In this document: positions 53,001 to 64,000 of the stretch, piece after piece
How the letters are laid out: each line of letters begins with the position of its first letter
Position numbering within the stretch: position 1 is the first letter of the stretch
Assembly: GCF_026571515.1 (NCBI RefSeq)
Contig: NW_026851882.1
Coordinates: 1 to 64,000, forward strand
Origin: Ruditapes philippinarum
Lineage: Eukaryota
Length of the DNA stretch: 64,000 nucleotides
Direction of reading: 5' to 3'
The notes under the pieces: generated by a model
Told to the model about the DNA's origin: nothing
Database searches by the model: none
What the model saw: the letters and a program-made list of their open reading frames with translations, nothing else
Program-made: the position numbers and the translations under genes

Positions 53001-56000
53001 GCCTTGTATGTCCCTATTTCTCCAGCATGGACTGTTCGTCGTATACCCCACTTGGCAGCTTCCTAGTTCAAATAAACAATAATGCTAATCTAAATACACA
53101 GATACACTAACATACATAGCAAGGGAGGCAACCATCTTTTGGTTTTACATAGACATCTGTAGAATATAATTCAGAAATAGGTTGTATAATATAACATAAT
53201 ATAATATAATTTTTTAATATTAAAGATACAAGTAGCCTTCAGTATGTCTAATATCAGTAATTTGTTACATATAACAGACTTTATTCAACTTGCCTATAGA
53301 TATTTTTCAATATGTACTTGACTGTGCTTGGGACATGTACATTTTTTGTAAGTACTATATCTATATTTTTACTGAAATGCTTGCTTGTGTTCACTTATTT
53401 GCCTGAAATGATTGCTTGTGTTCACTAATTTACCTGAAATACTTGCTTGTGTTCACTATATATACACCTGAGATGCTTGCTTGTGTTCACTTGTTACCTA
53501 AAATGCTTTTTTGTGTTCACTATTTACCTGAAATGCTTGCTTGTGTTCACTATCTACCTGAAATGCTTGCTTGTGTTCACTTTTTACATGAAATGCTTGC
53601 TTGTGTTCACTATTTACCTGAAACGCTTGCTTGTGTTCACTTTTTACATGAAATGCTTGCTTGTGTTCACTATTTACCTGAAATGCTTGTTTGTGTTCAC
53701 ATTCATTAATCTCCTTGCCTGGTACAAACTCCTGACCAGCCAGATCAATTCCCACAACACCTTTACATTTGTACCATTTACACAGATTTACTACCTCCTT
53801 TGACCATTCTATATAAATACATATTAATATACACAATGTATAATTTTGTTAGTTGCAAAATGAAATAAAAGTTAACACATACATGTAATTGTTTTAAATA
53901 CTATTAACCTCCATTTACTGTTTTTGTGGGACAGTAATTAAGGGCAATCAGTTTAAACATTACTTGAAATGCATCTTTAATTTGCCACAGAAAATATTTG
54001 TGTTTGCTAAATTTTTGACATAATTTTCTCTTTTTTGCCTTGAAGTCAGTACACTGTCAATAGTAAGAAACCAAGGAAATTAACTTAAGAGTCTGCCATA
54101 AGAAAAAGCTTAGTCCAAATAATTTGACTTGTCAGTCATTGAAATAATTTTTGGATGGGCAATGTCCTCAAAGTATGAAAAAGCAGTCTGTAAAATGGGT
54201 CAAACCATTCATGTCTAAATTAATTTGGCAATCTGGGCTTGGGTAACAATTGAATACTTGAGGTGTGAATTTTTAATAAGTATAGTACAGACTGTATTAT
54301 TATAATTGAAATAAATTTGTATCAAGCCAAGGGTATTAAGATACCTTGTCTTATTGACAAAGTTGAAAAAAAATTAACTAAATAAAGCAAACAGTAGTTG
54401 TGTAATAGTCGGGCACACTACCTGGTCTATGAGTCATGCAGCAAAGTATAGTGTTTACTTTGACATCAAAATCTCTCATCCCACGTGCTAGAGCCTCGTT
54501 TACAGTCTCTACGACATCATGTGGTGTAAACGTGCCTGGTGTCGTAGTAAATGCTGGGTCCTTCAAGGAATTTGACAGTAGATGGGGTGAATAACGTACC
54601 TCCATATACTTGATTTTATGTTTGGCACAGTCTTCACATAACTCATATGCAATTCTCTCAACCGCCTTTTTATAACCGCTTTAAAAAAATGAAAAATATC
54701 AAATATCAGTATTTTCATATTTATTCACTACATACTTAAGGTTATAAAAGCAACAGTATTATAATACAAGTTTCCTATAGCATCTTAATTATGGCAAATT
54801 AACAGATCAAATATACATGTACATCAAAATACAAAATAAGCCTTTGACATGGCAAAAGCTCTGTCAATTCAACCATCTTGTGAATACATGTACTTGCTAA
54901 TGTAAAGTTCCAAAATTTGAAGCAGGAGAATAAACATTCTTCTCTAGATTTCCATTTTTGACCACTTAATCAGATCTGATATTCAATTCGTTGAAACACA
55001 AGGTTAATAAAGACACATTTCAGAGTAAAATACCTCCTTTATTGTGGCCATTTTTGAGATCAGGGGCATGACTAATACGGCTTACATAATGATCCACTAG
55101 CAAAGCTTATGCCAAATGTATAAGCCCCCAATGCATTAATTGTAGTTTTACAAAAGTGGCCTTAATTGTATTTTTCTGTACAAGTCTATATAAACTTAGT
55201 GGGTACTAGATGTGGCAGGATTTACACAGCTTTTGTAGAGCACCACAAGGCATTGTCACATGCCAAATTTCTATACTCTGAGCAGTTCCTGAGAAGAAGA
55301 TTTTTAAATATTTCATTTTTAAAGTCCCTGGACCTATTTAAGCATCATACTTGAACCATTTCCAAGTATGTCACTTTTACAGAGGACCCCTAAGCATCAT
55401 TCCTGTGAAGTTTGGTTTAAATCCATCAAGTACCTATGGAATTATTGCTTAAAGCTGCAGGCCCCCAGATGAGCCAAAATATTTCAAGAAAAAAAAACAA
55501 TATTGAAAAAATGTATTAAAATTTTATGAAAGGTAAAAACATTCAGGATCTAAGTGAAATCTTACATGTTATGTGTGGTTTAAGACAGCTGTTGCAGTAT
55601 TTTATCACCATATTTCTACTGTGTTACTAACACAGAAAGGGCTGTTTTTGCATATGTTTACAACTTTTTGGAAATTTTCTTGGAATATAACAACCGATTG
55701 CAGTATGTAAATTGCTTTATTTGTTACTCTCAAAATAATTTACTTTTAAATACATTTTAAAAAAATTATGAAAATTAACATGAATCTGGAGTCATGCTGC
55801 TTTAAAGAAACTATGGACAATGACATAAGGGGGACAAAATGTCATCACAAAAGCTCACCTAGGAGTATATTAAAGTGCTCAGGTAAGCAAAAAAAAAAAA
55901 AACAAAAACAACAAGTGCAACAAACCAACCTGATAATTGGCATGAAATAACTAAAAGAAGTAAGAAATCTCTCGAGACTACTAGGTTCTACAAGGATAAC

Positions 56001-59000
56001 GTCTCTGTTTAATTCTTCTGCTGTCTTATGAGGTAGATCATCTAACATCCCTCTCTCTCTGTAATATATACAAACATGACTCTGACATAATATAATCAAT
56101 TCTTAACTGTATCCTAAATCCTAGGATATAAGATCAACATTAATTCAAACTTATGACTGTTTCAATAAACATATTTATTATTAAAGATGTTAAGACTAAA
56201 TAAATGAAATCCTTTCTCTTGAGAAAAGTTTGGAATTACAATCAGATGGTACATGTAGGTGTCTTAAACTGCAACATTTAATGTTCATCTGCATTGCTAT
56301 TCAGGAATTGAAGGAGTAATTTCAAGGGAGTCATAAGTAAAGACATGTTCTTTGAAACGCAAAATAGTCTCAGTTTTGATTCTTAATTTAGATTCAGATT
56401 TCAGACTTGCTATGAAATGCAGTCCTGATTTCTTAAGTCACAGAATCACAGGGCACAGGAAATCACTTAATGTCTTTTTGTCATAATTTTATCAAAATGT
56501 TCCTTTTTGTATTAGAAAAAAAAAACAACCAAAAAAACTTTCCCTGTTTCCCATTAATAGACCCATAATGACAGGACAGCTACCTAGATCTCATGTGGTG
56601 CCTATATCACCTTTTTACTTCATTTTTAAGGCATGTTAATTGCTGTAATAGAATCTTCACCAACAAAACTATGCAGGGCATATACTGTACCCATAATTAT
56701 AGAGAAGAAGTCAATTCAGAATATAATTTCTAAAGATATCTGTGTATTGTGTAGGTTCTGGAATAAAATTAACTAAGGTCTTCAGCGTACCCGTTTATAT
56801 ACTATGACATGACATTTAATGCCAAAATATTAATAAGCGGCTTTAAAAGTTTTGGAAGCCAGAACTACTCAGTTAATGATTTCTCTTTACAAGGGAGGTC
56901 ATCCAATGCATTCTTTCAAATTCAGATAATGACTCCATATAGCTGATACGGCTGATTTTCTAACATACATTTTTCTGCTGTATTCGCTTGCAAAAAAAGT
57001 CAGACAATGTGTTCACAGGTATAGGACATGTCACATTCCTGGTAGCAGTGCCGGGTACCACAATGATTATTTTGTTGGGGTTATTATGAAATCGATATTC
57101 AGCAACATAATTAAAATATTCCAGACAAACGCTGTGTATCAAGGCTCTTTCCGTCAATGTCCGTCAATGTTCGGATAAGGAGCATGAAAAATGGACCAGT
57201 AATCGAAATGTAAGGATATCTTTGTGACATAAGAATGTTATCTTTAAGAGGCCACCGCAAATAGCAGTGTCCCATACCAGCAACAACAGGCAGCTTATCA
57301 GCTATCATTATTACACAATGTACAATTCACAATTTGTACAGATTTATAGTGCAATAAAATAGAGGATGCACTTTGATATTAATGGACTTCAAATCAAGCC
57401 CCCCCCCCCCCAAACTCCCCCAGAAATTATTTTGATGTTAAAGTGTGCAAACACTTATGGTTACCATTTGTTAATTTAAGAATGATATATGGCATCAAAA
57501 CAAAATTTAAATAAAAGATACTGATAAGATAAAAGCTGGTTATGGCTCGCTTTAAAATATCAGCTCAGTCAGATTTCACAGAGAAGTCACCATGGTACCT
57601 TATCAATATCACAGGCCATCACATATTGGACCAGTCTCCAAACACAACCACACAGTCCCCTGTGCCTGTCCAAAAGTCAAAACCCCCTCCCAAAACTATA
57701 TACCATAAACTATACATTATCATATAGTCACCGACTTTTTGCCTAAGCCAAAAGTCACCTCATAGTAAAGCTTCAAGGATGGGAAATATAACATTATATT
57801 ACTTTATATTACAGCTGATGTTATATTTCCCATCCTTGAAGGTGAGTCATCCTTGATCAAAGTCGTTCCGCACGACATTAATGTTGTTTGTGGTACTTTT
57901 ATTTCTTTCTATTTGTTTTTTTTCTAGTTTGGTGGTTCTAGTATTACTTATTTGAATACTGTATAGTCACCCTAAGGAAATGTTGCTTTTTTAATTTATT
58001 TTTTTTACCGCTTATCTGTGATATGCAGGTTTCATAACCTCAGATCCCATTTCAAAGTTCCATTTTTAGTTTCCCCCTTTGTTTACTTGTCTATGCCACA
58101 TACAATTTTTACCTGGGACCCTTACTTCGCTTTTCATGGCTCTTTTACCTGGGACCTTTACTTCGCTTTTCATGGCTCTTTTACCTGGGACCTTTACTTC
58201 GCTTTTCATTGCAGGGCACTAATGTGTCACATGCATGGAAGGTTCCATGCTAACCTCCGTATGAATACATCGGTTAAAGCTTGTGTTAGGTAGCGTGTAG
58301 TCTAGCTACATATATACGATACATCAATAGCTCAATCAAACCGAGTCTGCAATATTTTCAGTTTTGCCGTTTTGGGCATATTTTAGGTACTACATGTATT
58401 ATTTCCTCTTGCCAACTTTTTAAACCGAAATGTCCAGCAAGATGGTCATTTCGCAAAGCTTTGTTAAGCTTGACTTAGTGCGTTAATCGTCCTGATTGTA
58501 TGTAATATCAACATAATTTCTACCTGGTTCATACAGATTTAACCTTTAAATAGGTGCACGAGACTATCCATATTTGTGGCCTATAGATTGCTTATCTATC
58601 TTAACTACAGTACTGTTATGACATTTTCCAGGTGTCAAATCCTGACACCACTTTGCCCGCCCTTGCGTTCTTTAACATTATAACAGGAGTTTGACGTTCA
58701 AATCCAACAAAATTCAATCAATACATGTTCTGAATCGAAATTTGATGGTCAACGGTTTTTAGTTTGGACTAGTCCCAACTAGTGCACTAACAAACCCGAA
58801 ATTTCCAACCATACAGGGTAACGCCCACTGCAGTGACGTTTCATCACCACTATATATGCTATATTGTATTCTAACATTTTTAATTAATTCATGTTAAAGT
58901 TGAATTAAAACATGTTTTATCATTGACATTGACACAGATGCCACAATGGTGTTGCAATGATAAAAGTGACTTAATTATAGCTGACAAGGGCTTCGTAAGG

Positions 59001-61237
59001 TGGGACTAGCCTTTAACCCCCGACGAACCAAATGTCTGTTCTTTTGACCATTGACTTAACGATAACTAATAAAACAAATACGGTTTCCCTTTTTGGAAAA
59101 ACAGAAAATAAACATGTTTTGAATTCAAGATATTTGTTACTTACTTAGCAATATCTATAACTGTTTCCGGCCGCACGGCGCCATCGAGATGCACGTGTAA
59201 TTCTACCTGTAAATATCAACAAATCGGTTGAATGAATAGAAAAAAAATGTTCACCGATCTTTTTAGTACAGTAAAGTATGACTACGCTATCATTTGCCCC
59301 GGGAACCGTAACAAAATGTGGCAAAAGGGTTACTGATTTCTCAAAAATCATAAAAAAATTAACCTAAAGTCGGTGGTTCTCTTCAGTTGCCCCCGCGCTT
59401 AAAATAATAGCCAACTTATCAACAGATGTTTTCCTTCAACAAAAAAGAAAATATTGCAAGTTTTGTGTGACTTTAAATACTAACACAAAAATTAGAAACT
59501 ACTAAAAATAAAAAAAATAAAAAAATAACATGGCCGTTGAGTTTCAGTAATATAATAATCGAGAAAACGTTACTGTTTTTTTTTTCAAATCCTGTTTCTG
59601 AAAGACTACAAGAATATACTGTTTTTTACCGTTCATGATCATATCAACAGATAAAGAGATGATTTACTAGTCAAATCATTAATTTTATTCTGTTGTTTAT
59701 TTGTAACAACTCTGAGAAAGTCATCCGTTTATCACCTCATGTTATTTCCTTCCTGAATTCCTACACACACAGAGACTATAGGAGACTGTTTTTTTTAATT
59801 CATTGTGCAGCGTTGTACTGTCAGTATTTACCAGTCAGTGTAATCTATCAGTATTTACTGAACACGCTAATCTTTTAGTATTTACTGTGCTACAGTACTC
59901 GCTTATCTGTCAGTAAGTATATTACACGCTTATCTGTCACTATTCACAGTACTCGCTTATCTGTCAGTATTTACAGTTCTCACTTATCTATCAGTATGTG
60001 TAATGCACATTTATCTGTCGGTTTTACCATGTACGCTAAAAAGCCAGTATTAATCATGCAAGGCTTAAGTCCATCCGTCAATGTCAGTATTTACCATGCA
60101 TGCACGCTTATCTGTCAGTTCTAATCATGCACACTAGTCTGTCAATGTCAGTATTCAACATGCATGCTTATCTGGCAGTATTTATCACGCACGCTAATCT
60201 GTCAATGTCAGCATTTAACATGCATTCTTATCTGGCAGTACTCATCATGTACGCTAACATGGCACTGTCAGTATGCAACATGCATGCTTATTTGGCAGTA
60301 CTTTTCATGCACGCTAACATGTCACTGTCAGTATGCAACATGCATGCTTATCTGGCAGTACTTATCAAACACACTAATCTGTCAATGTCAGTTCTCAACA
60401 TGCATGCTTATCTGGAAGTACTTATCATGCACGCTAACATGTCACTTTCAGTATGCAACATGCATGCTTATCTGGCAGTACTTATCACGCACTCTAATCT
60501 GTTTATGTCAGTATTAAACATGCATGCTTATCTGGCAGTACTTATCATACACACTTATCTGTCATTGTCAGTATGCAACATGCATGCTTATCTGGCAGTA
60601 TGTACCATGTACGCTTCTCAGTCGGTATTTACCATGCACGCTAATCTGGCAGTATTTACTGTGAACGCTTATTTGTCACTGTCAGTATTCAACATGCATG
60701 CTTATCTGGCAGTACTTATCATGCACGCTAATCTGTCAATGTCAGTACGCAACATGCATTCTTATCTGGAAGTATTTATCATGTACGCTAATCTGTTAAT
60801 GTCAGTATGCAACATGTATTCTTATCTGGCAGTGAGTACCACGCACGCTTCTCAGTCGGTATTTTGTTTGTTTGTTTGTTTCATTTTACGCCTTTTCCAA
60901 CAGTATTCATATACCATGCACGCTAATCCGGTAGTATTTACCGTACACGGCCCTCGGTCAGTATTTACCGTACACTCTTGTCAGTATTTACCATGAAAAT
61001 CCATCTGTCATTCTGATTAGGAATTAAATAGTCAATGTTCATGTTCTTGTTCTATTTTACCTATTTTCATTAAAGTAAATAATCTTTAATTGTTCAAATA
61101 ACTTTTCTTCAAGTTAACCTTGTTCAGAAATCTTGATTCAAGTCGCAAATTTTCAAGTTTAAATGTACCTTGTACGGAAACCTTTTATTAAATTCGGCAA
61201 TCAGTTTCGCCTCCTCTTCTGGCTCCATAAACTCCAT
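50006..61237 (-). CDS. ADA: Adenosine deaminase (ADA1 family), at least 379 aa; exons 61237-61169, 59206-59145, 56058-55930, 54678-54422, 53808-53678, 53062-52991, 52223-52054, 51384-51258, 50128-50006
   Basis: Nine GT-AG exons in phase (1140 nt). All Zn-binding and catalytic motifs are present: VELHVHLDG, EVRYSPHLL, VVGIDLAG, TVHAGE, ERIGHG, CPISS, INTDDP. The start codon is uncertain because the frame is open to the acceptor at 61287. Confidence 0.94.
51463..51689. mobile_element. Palindromic MITE, same family, copy 2 (ADA intron)
   Basis: Near-identical to 48180-48414; flanks are AATT and ATAT. Confidence 0.8.
53370..53700. repeat. 30-bp minisatellite (~11 units) spanning an ADA exon/intron junction
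   Basis: Unit cctgaaatgcttgcttgtgttcactattta, whose reverse complement contains the exon end GAACACAAGCAAGCATTTCAG|GTAAATA. Confidence 0.92.
57771..57841. other. Perfect 24-bp inverted repeat with a 23-nt spacer (71-nt hairpin)
   Basis: cttcaaggatgggaaatataacat ... atgttatatttcccatccttgaag. Confidence 0.8.
58107..58209. repeat. 36-bp tandem repeat, about 3 copies
   Basis: ttttacctgggacc(c/t)ttacttcgcttttcatggctc repeated. Confidence 0.9.
59815..60995. repeat. Hierarchical minisatellite (~21-bp monomer, 60-bp higher-order unit) in an ADA intron
   Basis: tgcatgcttatctggcagta recurs every 60 bp (60161, 60221, 60281...), flanked by shorter cgcttatctgtcagtattta units. Confidence 0.9.
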
Positions 61238-61599
61238 GATTCCTTCCAATGAGCCTCGCTGGTAGAGTTCGAACCTCGAATATGCACCTGTTTGATTGAA
61301 AAAAAAAAATGCAAATTATTGGGAAAAAACGTCCTTTACTTCATTAATTTTTCAAACGTAATCAACAAAAATTACAAAAACAGACTTTTGTGATTAAAGT
61401 ATCATTCTTGCATCGCAAACATACATGTACATTAATTTAATTAATGATTAAAATCACGCAAGCACGTGTCGTTGCTGCACTCTTTTAATAATCGAAACTC
61501 TAAGCGTCATGTACACCCGGTATTTTTATAATCAAAACAAGCTGCCAAATGACATCGCACCAGCACGTGAAAAGCATGACAAAACCGATTTCTTCTCGT

Positions 61600-62688
61600 A
61601 ACAAGAGCTGTCGGTAGGACAGCATGCTCGACTATTCTTAGTGCTTGATAGTAAAAAAAATGCCTGATACAGTTACCTCCTCCTGTTTACAGGTTGGGGT
61701 CATGATGGTGAACAAGTGTGCAAAGTTTCAAAGCCATATGTCAATGGACTTTGAAAATATTTGAACTATTACAAAAACTTTAACGTAAATTCTAAGTCGA
61801 AAAAGGGGCATAATTCTGTCAAAATGCTTGATAGAGTTACCTCATCCTGTTTACAGGTTGGGGTCATGATGTTGAACAAGTGTGCAAAGTTTCAAAGCCA
61901 TATGTCAATGGACTTAGAAAATATTTGAACTATTACAAAAACTTTAACGTAAATTCTAAGTCGAAAAAGGGGCATAATTCTGTCAAAATGCTTAATAGAG
62001 TTACCTCCTGCTGTCTACAGGTTGGGGTCATGATGTTGAACAAGTGTGCAAAGTTTCAAAGCCATATGTCAATGGACTTTGAAAATATTTGAACTATTAC
62101 AAAAACTTTAACGTAAATTCTAAGTCAAAAAAGGGGCATAATTCTGTCAAAATACTTGATAGAGTTACCTCCTCCTGTCTACAGGTTGGGGTCATGATGG
62201 TGAACAAGTGTGCAAAGTTTCAAAGCCATATGTCAATGGACTTTGAAAATATTTGAACTATTACAAAAACTTTAACGTAAATTCTAAGTCGAAAAAGGGG
62301 CATAATTCTGTCAAAATGCTTGATAGAGTTACCTCCTCCTGTCTACAGGTTGGGGTCATGATGGTGAACAAGTGTGCAAAGTTTCAAAGCCATATGTCAA
62401 TGGACTTTGAAAATATTTGAACTATTACAAAAACTTTAACGTAAATTCTAAGTCGAAAAAGGGGCATAATTCTGTCAAAATGCTTGATAGAGTTACCTCC
62501 TCCTGTCTACAGGTTGGGGTCATGATGGTGAACAAGTGTGCAAAGTTTCAAAGCCATATGTCAATGGACTTTGAAAATATTTGAACTATTACAAAAACTT
62601 TAACATAAGTGGTTACGCCGACGCCGACGCCGACGCTCGGGTGACTGCAATAGCTCTACTTATTCTTATCGAATAGTCGAGCTAAAAA
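61600..62688 (-). mobile_element. Young HINE with 164-bp satellite (~5.7 near-identical units; GCTCGAC family)
   Basis: aacaagagctgtcggtaggacagc hairpin; units at 61672, 61836, 62000, 62164, 62328 and 62492; (GACGCC)n; end gaatagtcgagctaaaaa. Confidence 0.9.
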
Positions 62689-62877
62689 TCAAATGACGAG
62701 ACGCAAAATTACCGATTCAGAATGCATTTTTTATGCAAGAATAGCGCTAGAGTGCAATTTTTTTTTGCATTAACATTTGGATAAGCCCTCAGACAAACAT
62801 TAACTCTTTCGCCCTTCATACTCTGGCTTTGAACGGTTTGAATGGCTGTACTTGTACAGATGATACATCGTCGAAAC

Positions 62878-63124
62878 CATAGGCACTTGGTTTCGGGATA
62901 AAAAACCTTTTGAAGGGTTTGTAGGACTCAAATTTGATTGAATGTGACGATTTTTTAACGTAGATGTCTCGATTCTAAATTCGACATTTTTCCGATATTA
63001 CTAATATCGGAAAAATGTCGAACTTAGAATCGAGACATCTACGTTAAAAAATCGTTACATTCAATCAAAGTTGAGTCCTACAAACCCTTCAAAAGGCTTT
63101 TTATCCCGAAACCAAGTGCCTGTG
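62878..63124. mobile_element. Foldback hAT-type MITE (123-bp arms, 1-nt spacer)
   Basis: Palindrome centred on 63001, CA...TG termini, and a perfect 8-bp TSD GTCGAAAC (62870-62877, 63125-63132). Confidence 0.88.
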
Positions 63125-63216
63125 GTCGAAACCCACGTAACAAATTCTGTATATACTACATTTAATTTACATGTTTACAGTAAATAGCCTGGGTTACCGA
63201 TGATGCAGATGATAAT

Positions 63217-63476
63217 GCCGTGGCCGAGTGGTTAAGGTCGTTGACTTTAAACCACTTGACCTTTACCGCTGTTAGTTTGAATCCCGACAGTGACTTTGGA
63301 TTATTTCATGTGAGGAAGCTATCCAGCTAGCTTACGGAACGTCGGAGGTTCTACGCAGGTGCCCGTTCTAGCCTGAAATAATGCACGGAAGGGCACCTGG
63401 GGTCTTCCTCCACCAGTAAAGCTGGAACGTCGCGATATGGCATATACTGTGTTAATGTGACTAAAACCCAAACAAA
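63217..63476 (+). mobile_element. Full-length tRNA-derived SINE
   Basis: A-box-like gtggccgagtggttaag, B-box-like gtttgaatccc, conserved core, (CAAA)n tail and an 11-bp TSD CAGATGATAAT (63206-63216, 63477-63487). Confidence 0.88.
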
Positions 63477-63569
63477 CAGATGATAATACACGCAAAACTT
63501 GCTTTTACCTTATAAATCTATTGAGCTATATAATTTGTCGTTTTTGTATTACCAAATATCGCACTGGAT

Positions 63570-63909
63570 CCCTTCTCTGATGTGTTCCGTTTGGACAGTC
63601 GTGATTTTTAATTTAGTCTATTACCGCGATGCACGATGGTACGATGGTGAAAACGCGATGGCACGATGGTACGATGGTGAAAACACGATAGTACGCTGGT
63701 GAAAACCCGATGGTACGATCGTGAAAACGCGATGGTACGATGGTGAAATCGCGATGGCGCGATAGTATGATGGTGAAAACGCGATGTTACGACGCGTTTT
63801 CACCATCGTACCATCGTGATTTCACCATCGTACAATCTTGCCATCGCGTTTTCACCATCGCTACATAAAAAGTCACGAAAGTCCAAACGGAACACCATAT
63901 AAGAGGAAG
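63570..63909. mobile_element. MITE with ~45-bp imperfect TIRs and inverted internal CGATGGT-rich minisatellite
   Basis: tgttccgtttggac..tcgtga.ttttta ... taaaaagtcacgaaagtccaaacggaaca. Internal acgatggtacgatggtgaaaacgcgatg units flip orientation near 63790. Confidence 0.7.
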
Positions 63910-64000
63910 TACTCAAATTTGAACTTTAAAATTTACTGTATCCTCATGTATTGCCTGTACAAATATTTGATGACATATTGTTAACATTTAAAGTTTAAAT

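Noticed and set aside
53416-53803. Repetitive + strand ORFs (EMLACVHYLP...)
   Set aside because: Antisense read-through of the 30-bp minisatellite and the ADA exon.
56700-58900. Possible nested gene or LINE/Penelope remnant in the ADA intron
   Set aside because: I could not establish a recognisable protein motif or consistent splice structure by eye.
60100-60996. 298-aa and 117-aa ORFs as protein-coding genes
   Set aside because: They are translations of a 60-bp minisatellite inside an ADA intron, with no domain and no splice context.
63217-63295. tRNA gene (Leu/Ser-like)
   Set aside because: The cloverleaf is degenerate and continues into a SINE body with a tail and TSD; it is a SINE head.

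Overview
AT-rich, intron-containing animal genomic DNA. The repeat families (Helentron/HINE satellite elements, tRNA-derived SINEs) suggest a bivalve mollusc; this is an inference. The window has two halves. (1) About 1-25 kb is a graveyard of nested, decayed transposons. It holds an EnSpm/CACTA(CMC)-type transposase remnant followed by a CIDE-N-like first exon. About 20 kb later come a SAMD3-like/EnSpm-accessory C-terminal exon and BEN-like exons. It also holds two divergent, spliced paralogs of an orphan helical protein (possibly DUF3102-like), each followed by a shared ~165-bp palindrome-containing block. Nested among these are ISL2EU/Harbinger-group parts (a SAP-SWIM-YqaJ nuclease and two DDE_Tnp_4 transposases), a DIRS/Ngaro fragment (SGNH hydrolase, gag, pol start), a Gypsy LTR-PBS-gag stub and several HINEs with satellite arrays. 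(2) About 26-61 kb carries three intact multi-exon host genes that I reconstructed by hand: LDAH (-), UQCC1 (+) and adenosine deaminase ADA (-). Their introns and spacers contain piggyBac-, Tc1-, hAT- and Sola-like MITEs, SINEs and minisatellites, including a 30-bp minisatellite that multiplies an ADA splice donor in frame. I found no CRISPR array, rRNA or true tRNA gene. All family assignments come from motif recognition by eye; no database search was run.
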